From positions 4,771 to 68,770 of the forward strand of contig CAKPRO010000006.1 of assembly GCA_934182615.1 (NCBI GenBank): 64,000 nt of DNA, in the 5' to 3' direction. The stretch comes from an uncultured Bacilli bacterium. GTDB taxonomy: Bacteria; Bacillota_I; Bacilli_A; RF39; UBA660. The translations under genes and the position numbers were made by a program. Shown here piece after piece: positions 15,509-24,394 of the stretch (position 1 is the first letter of the stretch; the number at the start of each line of letters is the position of its first letter). Below the pieces are notes generated by a model. It was given only the letters and a program-made list of their open reading frames with translations, had not been told where the DNA came from and searched no databases.

Positions 15509-15998
15509 CTAAATTACCATTACTAAAATATATTTCTAATCTATTATATTTACCAGTATACTTTTCTATATAATTTTTATTAGTATAATCATTTACTACC
15601 ATCTTCCAAAAAGACTCTGCCACTTTAGAATTAGGTACAGCTTTAATAGTCCAATTACCTTTATACATATCAAATACTTTAATTGCTACTTCTTTACCTA
15701 TTTTATTTCTTTTATAATTATTTAAAACAAATATTTCACTTATTTCATAATTATTATTTCCATTATCATCTATAAGTACAAAGCCTAATATATCTTTATC
15801 ACTCTTAATAAAATAAGCATAATTATCTATAAAATATTTATCTAAATCATATTCATACTGACATATATCAGAATTAAAAGTAATAGGAAAATATAAACTT
15901 AAATCATGTAAATATAATTGTAGTAATCTTTCTAATTTATTTCTATCTTCTAATCTAACTTTTTCTAATTTAATATTATTATTCACTATATCCTCCAT
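15501..15998 (-). CDS. GNAT-fold acetyltransferase (divergent)
   Basis: 165 aa. Motif YKRNKIGKEVAIKVFDMYKGNWTIKAVPNSKVAESFWKMV. Confidence 0.55.
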   Translation of the reverse strand: MEDIVNNNIKLEKVRLEDRNKLERLLQLYLHDLSLYFPITFNSDICQYEYDLDKYFIDNYAYFIKSDKDILGFVLIDDNGNNNYEISEIFVLNNYKRNKIGKEVAIKVFDMYKGNWTIKAVPNSKVAESFWKMVVNDYTNKNYIEKYTGKYNRLEIYFSNGNLDD

Positions 15999-16002
15999 AA
16001 TA

Positions 16003-16059
16003 TTTTCTTTAACCTCTTCAACCTGTAGTCTTCCGAGGTATGATGAAGCCTATTCTAGT
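16003..16059 (-). repeat. Twin-hairpin intergenic repeat, copy 6
   Basis: Minus strand reads UAUGAGGAAGACU-agaau-AGGCUUCAUCAUACC-UCGGAAGACU-aca-GGUUGAAGAGG. It ends 4 nt before the ATG region of the 15998 gene. Confidence 0.8.
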
Positions 16060-16148
16060 CTTCCTCATAATATTTTTTTGGTTAATGTCAATATATCATA
16101 TAAAATAGCCAAAGGCAATAATATATTGTTTTTTAAAGAAAATAAGTA

Positions 16149-17951
16149 CTATTTCAAGTACTTATCAATTATTTCAAATAATTTATCTTTGCTAATAGGT
16201 TTAAGTAAATAGCCACTAAAACCATATTTTAAATATTCTTCATTATATTCATATTCATTATTTCTAGTAAGTAAGATAACATTAGTTTTAAAGTTTCTAA
16301 TATCTTTAAATTTCTTCATAACAGTTACTCCATCTAATGGATCCATAACTTCATCTAGTAATATTAAATCATATTTCTCTTTACCTCTAATTTTATCTAG
16401 TGCTTCTTTACCTAAACTAACATAATCAAGTTTAATATTAGTATCACGAATTAACTTACTAATAATCTTCTCAGTAGAAATATTATCATCTACTAAAAGT
16501 ATTTTCTTTTCATCATAAAAACTTTCGTACTTATTATATTTTTCATTAGCTTCTTCTACTATCTTTTGATCAAGTACTATCTTCATAGTAGTACCATTAC
16601 CATAATTACTACTAGGAATAATAGTACCACCCATTAAAGTAATTAGTTTTCTAGCAGTAAATAAATTACTCTTCATATTACTTCCATCTATTTCTTCTTT
16701 TCTTTTATAGAAGATACTATCCATCTCATCAGGAGATATTCCTACTCCCGAATCTTCAATAGTAATAATAAGTCTTGCTATATTATTCTTAATAATCGTA
16801 TTAACATTAAGTTCAATATAACCTTCTTTAGTATACTTAATACTATTATCTAAAATACTAGTTAAAACATTTTTAAGTCCTAAATTATCTCCATATAAAT
16901 ATTCAGGTAAATCACTAGCAATATCACTTCTAAAAGTAAGACCTTTCTTACTACATTCATCACTATATAAAGTAACTATCTTTTTTAATAATAATTTAAT
17001 ATTATATTTATCATCATATACTTTAATACTAGCACTATCAATACTATCTACATCAAGTATCTCATTAGTCATCGTAGTAAATCTAGCAGTATTTTCTTTA
17101 ATAGCCCTCAAATAATCATTAACTAAATCTTTATCTACTTTCTTATTACTCATTTCATTAATCGCAGCATCAGTATTATAATTAATATCCTTAGTAATAA
17201 GTCTAATATCATTAGTCATATTATATAAAAACATAGTCTTATCTTCATTAGCATTATCACTAATCTCTTTAGCCTTATGATATTCTTCAATCATCTTAAC
17301 ATCAGGATTCTCTATTGTAAAATACATAAGGAAAGTAATAAAAGCATGAATAGGAGTAGCAAGTAATAATCCCGGATTCATATATTGAATATAAGATGCA
17401 ATACCACCAACAATTAAAAATATAAGTATTGGAAAAAATCTCTTATCTTTAATATTTTTAATATTTCTAATTAATGCAATAATACCTATAAAAGAATATA
17501 AGAAAGCTGAAAGATATATAATATTAACACTAGGGCCATAAGTATAAGCAATATATCCATCATATTTAAAGTTAAGTGGTAAGATAAAATTCAAAGTAGT
17601 AAAGATAATCATTAATACAATAGCTATATTTCTAACTACTGGTATATATCTTTCTTTCTTTTTAATACTAAGACATACAAATAGTACGTAGCAGAGTAAT
17701 ATAGTAATCCAAAGTTCTACTCCAAAAGAAAATAATCTTGCTACAAAATAACTAACATTAGGTATTTCTTTATACATAGGTCCAACAAAATCCAAAATAA
17801 GTTCTATAATAAGTTCAAAGAATGATACTACTACTAATATAGAATATACTTTATTTTCTTTACTTTTAAATACTTTCTTTCTAAAGTATACAGTCATAAG
17901 TAACATAGAATATACTATTGCTTCAATTAAAAAATAAATACCAGTATACAT
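16149..17951 (-). CDS. Membrane histidine-kinase-like / receiver hybrid protein lacking the canonical H-box histidine
   Basis: Multi-TM N-terminus. The H-box position reads FLYNMTNDIRLITK (canonical FLANMSHEIRTP). The HATPase N box is NSIKYT and the G1 box is EDSGVGI. The C-terminal receiver has LLVDDN, LILLDE and LLKP. Confidence 0.75.
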   Translation of the reverse strand: MYTGIYFLIEAIVYSMLLMTVYFRKKVFKSKENKVYSILVVVSFFELIIELILDFVGPMYKEIPNVSYFVARLFSFGVELWITILLCYVLFVCLSIKKKERYIPVVRNIAIVLMIIFTTLNFILPLNFKYDGYIAYTYGPSVNIIYLSAFLYSFIGIIALIRNIKNIKDKRFFPILIFLIVGGIASYIQYMNPGLLLATPIHAFITFLMYFTIENPDVKMIEEYHKAKEISDNANEDKTMFLYNMTNDIRLITKDINYNTDAAINEMSNKKVDKDLVNDYLRAIKENTARFTTMTNEILDVDSIDSASIKVYDDKYNIKLLLKKIVTLYSDECSKKGLTFRSDIASDLPEYLYGDNLGLKNVLTSILDNSIKYTKEGYIELNVNTIIKNNIARLIITIEDSGVGISPDEMDSIFYKRKEEIDGSNMKSNLFTARKLITLMGGTIIPSSNYGNGTTMKIVLDQKIVEEANEKYNKYESFYDEKKILLVDDNISTEKIISKLIRDTNIKLDYVSLGKEALDKIRGKEKYDLILLDEVMDPLDGVTVMKKFKDIRNFKTNVILLTRNNEYEYNEEYLKYGFSGYLLKPISKDKLFEIIDKYLK

Positions 17952-17981
17952 ATAAACAACTCCTATCTATTATCTATATTA

Positions 17982-18010
17982 AGTATACAATTTTTTTACT
18001 TTTTTTACAA
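17982..18010 (-). promoter_or_regulatory. Sigma-A type promoter (duplicated sequence, copy A)
   Basis: Minus strand has TTGTAA, a 17 nt spacer, then TATACT. It is nearly identical to 18796-18824. Confidence 0.45.
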
Positions 18011-18113
18011 GAAAAAAAAGACAATTTTCATAAATTATCCTTTTAAGTTTTATACTAACTATTGCAATTGATAACTATAGTTTATTTTTTTACAATTTAC
18101 AGTTCATAATTTC

Positions 18114-18752
18114 TTAAAATTTTCTTGTTTTAACATTTTCTCCAACCAACATTCTTTGATCATATTTTCTCATTTCATTTTCTGTTGTATAGCCAACATA
18201 TGCATATGTTCCATTAAGTTTACTTGGATTAAAGCCATATATAGTCATTCTCGAATGACCTTCAATTATTAAGAATTTTTCATTGTTACAAGTAATTAAA
18301 ATAATAGGTGGAAATTTATTTGCTTTGTTATACTCAAAACCATCAAAAAATGGTTGATTAGATACATTATATATTTCTCTTCCACTATTTATGACTTTTG
18401 CAGCTTCTACTGGTTTAGATGTTCCATTAGATAATTCATTCCAATAGTCATAATCAATATAATAGATATTATCAATATCTTTTTCATCTAATTCTAAATA
18501 TTTCCATTCGCTAATTTTGGGAAAATTTTCAAATAATCCATTATCTGGATAACCTCTAAATTTTTTCATAATGTTTAATCTATCAAGATTTTCTTTTTTA
18601 TTTTTAATATTTCCATTAAAAATTATACTTGAATCTAATCCTAAATCATTAATAATATTATCTAAACTCCCATTAAATCTTTTTGAATTTAATTCTCCTT
18701 TTAAAAATTCAAGAATCATTTCATCCTCATTTGCTTTTCTTATTAGTTTCAT
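18114..18752 (-). CDS. Hypothetical protein
   Basis: Long ORF with no motif I can assign. Likely start is MKLIRKANE. Confidence 0.5.
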   Translation of the reverse strand: MKLIRKANEDEMILEFLKGELNSKRFNGSLDNIINDLGLDSSIIFNGNIKNKKENLDRLNIMKKFRGYPDNGLFENFPKISEWKYLELDEKDIDNIYYIDYDYWNELSNGTSKPVEAAKVINSGREIYNVSNQPFFDGFEYNKANKFPPIILITCNNEKFLIIEGHSRMTIYGFNPSKLNGTYAYVGYTTENEMRKYDQRMLVGENVKTRKF

Positions 18753-18795
18753 TATAGTCACCAACTTTCATAATTAATCGTTTCCATCTATTTCA

Positions 18796-18824
18796 AGTAT
18801 ACAATTTTTTCATTTTTTTCACAA
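18796..18824 (-). promoter_or_regulatory. Sigma-A type promoter (duplicated sequence, copy B)
   Basis: Minus strand has TTGTGA, a 17 nt spacer, then TATACT. Confidence 0.45.
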
Positions 18825-18842
18825 TAGAAAAAGAAGAAAAAA

Positions 18843-20600
18843 CTATTTAAGTTCTCTCTTCTTAGTTTTATGTTCAGCTTCTTCTTTAGCAAGTTCTTCT
18901 AATAATTTATAATCAGCTTTATCAGCTTTAGTTCTAGGAATAGTATCTAAGAATGTAATAGATTCTGGTACTTCATATGGTTTTAATTGAATAGTCTCTC
19001 CTGTAATATTATTAATAATTGGTTTATAACACATATCTAGTATATAATCACTTATTTCTTTCGTAGGCATAACACCATCTTTTAATACTACATATGCCTT
19101 ATTAGTAAATAATAAATCTTTATCAGGTTTAGGAACTACTACTACACTATCTACTACATCAATTAAAGCTATAACATTTTGAATATGTTCTAAATATACT
19201 TTATTTAAGTCTGATCTAATATAATATCTACTACTTCTTCCAGTTAAAGTAAAGTATCCTTCATTATCTAAAGTACCCATATTACCAGTCTTATAATACT
19301 CTACTCCTTTATACATAAATTTAGTATTTTTAGTCATTTCTTCATTCTTATAATATCCTTTATAAATATGTTTACCTGCTATACAAAGCATTCCTTCTTC
19401 GCCATATTTAAGTTCTTCTAAAGTATCAGGATCAACAATAATAGCCTTAGTACCAACAAGCACTCTACCTACTGTTTCAGGTCTATTGAGTGAGCCAACT
19501 GCCATTGTATTAGTACCAACTGTTTCAGCATTACCAGAACCATTACATATAACAGTATTAGCTCCATGTTTTCTAAAAAATTCTACTCCATCAACATTTT
19601 GCATTGGTGATAAGAAATCCCCTCCTGATACAAAGGTATGAATACTAGATAAATCATCACTATCTTTAACATTTCTTTTAATAAGTTCAAGAAGAGCAGG
19701 ACTACCAAATACATAGTTAGGATTTTTACTTAGATAATATCTAATATTATCTTTACTTAAAGTAGGAGCAAGTACCGCTACTCTACCACATATTAAACTC
19801 ATAATAGTAGAAGTAGCAAAACCATAAGGATAAGAAAATGGTACACATACTAAACATCTTTCTCCTACTTTTGCTTTAATCTTACCAGTATTTTTCATAT
19901 AAATACCAGAAGCAAGTAAATTCTCATTAGTTAATACTACACTCTTAGGATTACCAGTAGAACCACTAGTAAATAAAATTAAAGAGTCTTCCTTACCACC
20001 ATATAAAGTATATATAGGTTTTTTATAATATTTAGCAATACTACCAATATCACTAAAAGATAAATCATCATTATATCCATTAGCACCTGTTTCTATACTA
20101 CTATAATTCTTAGTACTAATTTCATTACTATGTAAAGTAATAATATTTCTTACCTTACTACCATCTTTAATCTTTTTATTATATTCTTTATCTTTATCAA
20201 AATTAATAAATAAACTAGATTCAAATTCATTCAAATATCCTAATACTTCTTCAATTGAAGACATTGAATTAATAAAAGTAGTAATAGCCCCTATTCTGTT
20301 GCAGGCTAAATAAATAATAACTCCTTGATAATAATTAGGCATAGCAGCAGATACTATACTTCCCTTCTTTATTCCTAATTCTTTCAATGTCTTAGATAAA
20401 GTAATTGCATCTTTTAACATTTCATCATAATTTACTTTTAAATCTAAACAATCAATAGCTTCTTCTTTTCTATAGAAATTACTAATTAAATTAATAGTAT
20501 TATAAATACTCATATTAGGTATTATAGGATTTCTACTAAAAAAACTATAATCACTATTATGTATATTATCTATAGATGGATAACCTGTTAATTTTTTCAT
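18843..20600 (-). CDS. AMP-binding (adenylate-forming) enzyme, acyl-CoA synthetase-like
   Basis: 585 aa with the AMP-binding motif FTSGSTGNPKSVVLTNENL and a later GNMGTLDNEGYFTLTGR segment. Confidence 0.85.
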   Translation of the reverse strand: MKKLTGYPSIDNIHNSDYSFFSRNPIIPNMSIYNTINLISNFYRKEEAIDCLDLKVNYDEMLKDAITLSKTLKELGIKKGSIVSAAMPNYYQGVIIYLACNRIGAITTFINSMSSIEEVLGYLNEFESSLFINFDKDKEYNKKIKDGSKVRNIITLHSNEISTKNYSSIETGANGYNDDLSFSDIGSIAKYYKKPIYTLYGGKEDSLILFTSGSTGNPKSVVLTNENLLASGIYMKNTGKIKAKVGERCLVCVPFSYPYGFATSTIMSLICGRVAVLAPTLSKDNIRYYLSKNPNYVFGSPALLELIKRNVKDSDDLSSIHTFVSGGDFLSPMQNVDGVEFFRKHGANTVICNGSGNAETVGTNTMAVGSLNRPETVGRVLVGTKAIIVDPDTLEELKYGEEGMLCIAGKHIYKGYYKNEEMTKNTKFMYKGVEYYKTGNMGTLDNEGYFTLTGRSSRYYIRSDLNKVYLEHIQNVIALIDVVDSVVVVPKPDKDLLFTNKAYVVLKDGVMPTKEISDYILDMCYKPIINNITGETIQLKPYEVPESITFLDTIPRTKADKADYKLLEELAKEEAEHKTKKRELK

Positions 20601-20630
20601 ATAAAACCACTCCCTTTTTCATATGTAAGT

Positions 20631-20659
20631 ATTATATAACATTTTTATCAAAAAAGCAA
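20631..20659 (-). promoter_or_regulatory. Sigma-A type promoter
   Basis: Minus strand has TTGCTT, a 17 nt spacer, then TATAAT. It lies between repeat copy 7 and the ATG at 20600. Confidence 0.5.
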
Positions 20660-20685
20660 ACATTTATATATATTTTAGTATATTT

Positions 20686-20739
20686 CCCCTTCAGCCTGTA
20701 GTCTTCCGGGGTATGAGCAAGCCTAAAGTCTTGCTCATA
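20686..20739 (-). repeat. Twin-hairpin intergenic repeat, copy 7
   Basis: Minus strand reads UAUGAGCAAGACU-uu-AGGCUUGCUCAUACC-CCGGAAGACU-aca-GGCUGAAGGGG. Confidence 0.8.
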
Positions 20740-20776
20740 TATTTTAGCATATTAAAAGTGAATCATTAAAATTCAC

Positions 20777-21676
20777 TTATTTTCTTAATTTATCATTAGA
20801 ATCTAAATCCTTAAGTATTTTATCAACTTTATCTTTTACCAAATTCAAAAAATCTATCTCACTAGAAGGATCAACAGTAGGTAAATAATCTATTTTTCTT
20901 AAATAATCAAGTGAAGGCCATACTGAATCAGGAGCCAAATTTTTAATCCAATTTCCCAGAATAGCGGGATGGTGACAAGTTATTAACATAAACTTTTTAA
21001 ATTTATATAAACCATATTTCCCATTGGCATTAGAAAGAAGACATTCTTTATTTTCACCATAATATTTATATATTTTATCAACTATCGTATTCTTACCACT
21101 AATTGCCCATTCTCCTTGAAATATTATTAGTGTTGGTTCTAGTATTTCTATTTCTTTAATTAAATGTCTTAAACAATTTTCCTTCATAATACTAGTACTA
21201 TTAACATTAGAAACATTTTTTAATTTATCCTCATTCTGAAATGAACATCGCATCAGATTCGTTAATGCATAACTTGCATAAGCATAATCACTTTTTACAC
21301 CTAAAATATTTTCAAGAATCATTAAAGTACCTTTTATATGATTATTTTTATTTTCCCAATTAATACAGTTTAATATGTTTAAACAATTCTCTTTAAAGTT
21401 TGGAGAAGTACCATATTCCATATTTTTCATATAAGCATTCTCTTTACCAACTATTAAAATTCTAATAGGTTTTCCATTATAACTCAAATCATAAAAAGGT
21501 GTAACTCCTACTGTTCCTCCTGAATATTGTTTTACAACATTGCATTTTGTTTGAGAATTCAAACACTCTTCATAATGACTACAATGGAAATCATCTGCAT
21601 TTAATCCTTCTCTTTTATAATACTCCAATAATTTTTTACACCTATCTCTTGTTTTATCTACATCAGCACTCCACAT
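20777..21676 (-). CDS. Hypothetical protein (weak uracil-DNA-glycosylase-superfamily resemblance)
   Basis: 299 aa. ILIVGKENAY and CHHPAILG loosely resemble UDG family motifs A and B. This is not decisive. Confidence 0.4.
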   Translation of the reverse strand: MWSADVDKTRDRCKKLLEYYKREGLNADDFHCSHYEECLNSQTKCNVVKQYSGGTVGVTPFYDLSYNGKPIRILIVGKENAYMKNMEYGTSPNFKENCLNILNCINWENKNNHIKGTLMILENILGVKSDYAYASYALTNLMRCSFQNEDKLKNVSNVNSTSIMKENCLRHLIKEIEILEPTLIIFQGEWAISGKNTIVDKIYKYYGENKECLLSNANGKYGLYKFKKFMLITCHHPAILGNWIKNLAPDSVWPSLDYLRKIDYLPTVDPSSEIDFLNLVKDKVDKILKDLDSNDKLRK

Positions 21677-21794
21677 ACTATTCTCCTTTGTTATTATTAT
21701 ACTACATCATTTTAATAATAACAATTTTGTAAAGTATATTTTACAAAAAATAAATTAATTTCAAGACTACTTATGTAGGCTCGAACTAAAAAGA

Positions 21795-21816
21795 AAAAGA
21801 AGAATACTTCTTCTTT
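21795..21816 (-). terminator. Intrinsic terminator at the end of the mraZ-pbp transcription unit
   Basis: Minus strand has AAAGAAGAA-gua-UUCUUCUUU followed by UUCUUUUU. Confidence 0.6.
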
Positions 21817-21919
21817 AACTAATAATCATCTTACCAAGATATACACCAAGTACAATACATATAAGAATAATAAGTATTGTATATAAAATCTTAGATATCT
21901 CATTAGTATCTTCATCCAT
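21815..21919 (-). CDS. 34-aa small membrane protein
   Basis: SD AGGTGGTG then ATG at 21919. Translation is MDEDTNEISKILYTILIILICIVLGVYLGKMIIS-stop, with a single TM helix. Confidence 0.4.
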   Translation of the reverse strand: MDEDTNEISKILYTILIILICIVLGVYLGKMIIS

Positions 21920-21932
21920 ATAATAACACCAC

Positions 21933-24092
21933 CTAATATTTATCTTTTAATTTAATAGTAACAGTATCAGTAACATCTTCTCCTACAGGAACACTCTGTT
22001 CATATACATAACCATTACCCTCCAGTATAAAACTAACATCCATCATCTTAAGAATATTATTAGCTTCTTTATAAGAATAACCAGTTAAATCAATCATCTT
22101 CTTAGTATTACCATTAGTCTTTAATATAACCAAATCATCTTCATATATAGTACTATTAGTACTAGGATACTGACTAGTAACCTTATTACCATCTCCTAGT
22201 ACAAGAACTCTAATATTCTTACCTTCTAAATATCCTTTAGAAGTACCAATATCCATATTATAGAAAGATTCCATAACATACTTATCTTTATCCTTATTAG
22301 ACTTTTCAATATTAAGATACTTAGTAATATTCTTCTCTACCTCTTTAATCATCGGAGCAACATAATTAGTAGTATCCTTAGGTCTCTTAATCGCAGCATA
22401 TAAAATAACCTCAGGATTATCTCCAGGAAACATACCAGAGAAAGAATAAATATAATCAGATTCTCCACTCATATACCTACCCTTAGTATAATCATATATC
22501 TGTGCAGTACCAGTCTTACCAATCAAACTATAACCATCCATATGATATAAATAACCAGTAGAATTAGTATTATCACCATTAATAACACTAGTCATTAATT
22601 CTTTCATCTTCGTAACAGTAGTACTACTTACAACAGTACCAACTTTCTTACTCTTACCCTTATATATAGTCTTACCAGTATCCGTATCCACTATCTTATC
22701 AACAATATAAGGCTTTAACATCGTACCATTATTACTAATAATAGTAAGTGCCTGCAAGTGCTGTATAGGAGTAGTCGTAATACCCTGACCATAACCTGCA
22801 GTAGCAGCCTCTATCTGATAAGTATAATCTATACTACCAGCTTCTTCTCTATTCATCGTAAAACCAGTCTTACTACCAAAACCATACTTTAAGTAGCAGG
22901 CTTTCAAATCATCCTTATTAATAGTAGACTCAACAATATTAGCAACCGCTATATTAGAGGATAAAGCAAAACCTTGATCATAAGTTAATTCTCCCCATCC
23001 TTCTTTTTTCCAGTCATTAATCGTAGTCTCTTTACCATCTTCTCCTGTATAAGTCTTACTACCAGACATATACTTCGTATTACCATCATAATTACCCGAA
23101 TCAACTGCACACATATAACTAAATATCTTCATCGTCGATCCTGGTTCATAAGTTAAAGTAGCAATAGGATCAATATAAGAAGTCATATTTCTAAGATTAG
23201 GATCAAAACTAGGAGTACTAGAATATCCAAGTATCTTACCCGTCTTAGCATCCATCGCCGCCATCACAACCCATTCAGCCTCCGAATCATTTTGAGCAGT
23301 CTTAACAGCGGACTCAATAAATAACTGAATATTATTATCAATAGTAAGATAAACATCATCCCCATTATCCGCAGGTTCTGTATATTCCCTACCATTAGCT
23401 ATCTTATAACCATATTTATCTCTCTCATAAGTAATATACCCACTCTTACCTTTAAGTTCATCATTATAATATTCCTCTAATCCTAACTCACCAGTAATCC
23501 ATTTATTCTTATCATCATCTTCTTTAAGAACAGTATATCCAAGTATATAACTAGCAAAATCTCCATTAGGATAATATCTCTTAATATCTTTAAGAAAATC
23601 AATTCCCTGTAATTTTAACTTATCAATTTCTTCTTTAGTAAGTTCACTAAGACCTTTACCAATAGTACCAAATTCTACTTGATATTTATTACTCTCTTTA
23701 CCCTTAACTAATACATCTTTAATCTCTTCACTAGTAACACCTAATACGCCAGCTAATTTAGTACTAGTATCATCAATATCTTCAACATAATTCTTATTAC
23801 CCTTAGCATCTACCCTTTCATTAGATAAATAAGCAATAAGCGTATAACTAACAACATCATTAGCTAGTACATTACCATTAATATCATATATAGTACCTCT
23901 CTTAGGCATAATAATATCTTCTTTAGTATTCCTATTCTTAATAAAAGCCGCTATTGTAGAATTACCTACTTTATAGTCAACTAAACATAAATAACATAAT
24001 CTACCAATAAGTATTAAAAACAAAAAAAAGGTACCAATAATAACTAATTTACTAACTTTAAATTTGTCATTATTAACATTACCTTTTTTCAT
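21933..24092 (-). CDS. Class B penicillin-binding protein (PBP2B/FtsI/SpoVD type) with C-terminal PASTA domains
   Basis: Transpeptidase motifs STMK, SSN and KTGT are present. Position after ftsL in the dcw cluster. Likely start is MKKGNVNN. Confidence 0.9.
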   Translation of the reverse strand: MKKGNVNNDKFKVSKLVIIGTFFLFLILIGRLCYLCLVDYKVGNSTIAAFIKNRNTKEDIIMPKRGTIYDINGNVLANDVVSYTLIAYLSNERVDAKGNKNYVEDIDDTSTKLAGVLGVTSEEIKDVLVKGKESNKYQVEFGTIGKGLSELTKEEIDKLKLQGIDFLKDIKRYYPNGDFASYILGYTVLKEDDDKNKWITGELGLEEYYNDELKGKSGYITYERDKYGYKIANGREYTEPADNGDDVYLTIDNNIQLFIESAVKTAQNDSEAEWVVMAAMDAKTGKILGYSSTPSFDPNLRNMTSYIDPIATLTYEPGSTMKIFSYMCAVDSGNYDGNTKYMSGSKTYTGEDGKETTINDWKKEGWGELTYDQGFALSSNIAVANIVESTINKDDLKACYLKYGFGSKTGFTMNREEAGSIDYTYQIEAATAGYGQGITTTPIQHLQALTIISNNGTMLKPYIVDKIVDTDTGKTIYKGKSKKVGTVVSSTTVTKMKELMTSVINGDNTNSTGYLYHMDGYSLIGKTGTAQIYDYTKGRYMSGESDYIYSFSGMFPGDNPEVILYAAIKRPKDTTNYVAPMIKEVEKNITKYLNIEKSNKDKDKYVMESFYNMDIGTSKGYLEGKNIRVLVLGDGNKVTSQYPSTNSTIYEDDLVILKTNGNTKKMIDLTGYSYKEANNILKMMDVSFILEGNGYVYEQSVPVGEDVTDTVTIKLKDKY

Positions 24093-24102
24093 TATAATCA
24101 CC

Positions 24103-24390
24103 TTATTCTATAGTCTTAATATTTTCATTATTATAAGCAAGACCAAGATTTCTACTAATACTCTGAATATTATCAAGTGAAGCCATCTCATTAATCTTCA
24201 TAGCTAAACTCTCATTAGTATCCAAAGCCTTTTCTACTTTTTTATTCATATCTTGTAATTCAATATTCATCTTACTAACAGCAGTACTAGTAAATACAAT
24301 ACCTACTACTAAGAATACTATAATTACAAGAGAACTCTTATATAGAAATCTCTCTACCTTAGTAAACCCTTTCTTTTTCTTCTTTTTCAT
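24103..24390 (-). CDS. ftsL: Cell division protein FtsL
   Basis: 95 aa with a basic N-terminus, one TM and a coiled coil. It sits between rsmH and the PBP gene. Confidence 0.8.
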   Translation of the reverse strand: MKKKKKKGFTKVERFLYKSSLVIIVFLVVGIVFTSTAVSKMNIELQDMNKKVEKALDTNESLAMKINEMASLDNIQSISRNLGLAYNNENIKTIE

Positions 24391-24394
24391 AAAA

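Noticed and set aside
2785-20739. Twin-hairpin repeats as integron attC sites flanking gene cassettes
   Set aside because: Co-oriented small GNAT-type genes separated by structured repeats are reminiscent of a cassette array. However, the repeats lack the RYYYAAC/GTTRRRY core sites. They form two short hairpins rather than one long bulged one. No intI-like recombinase is in the window, and copies also follow core genes (pnp, ruvB).
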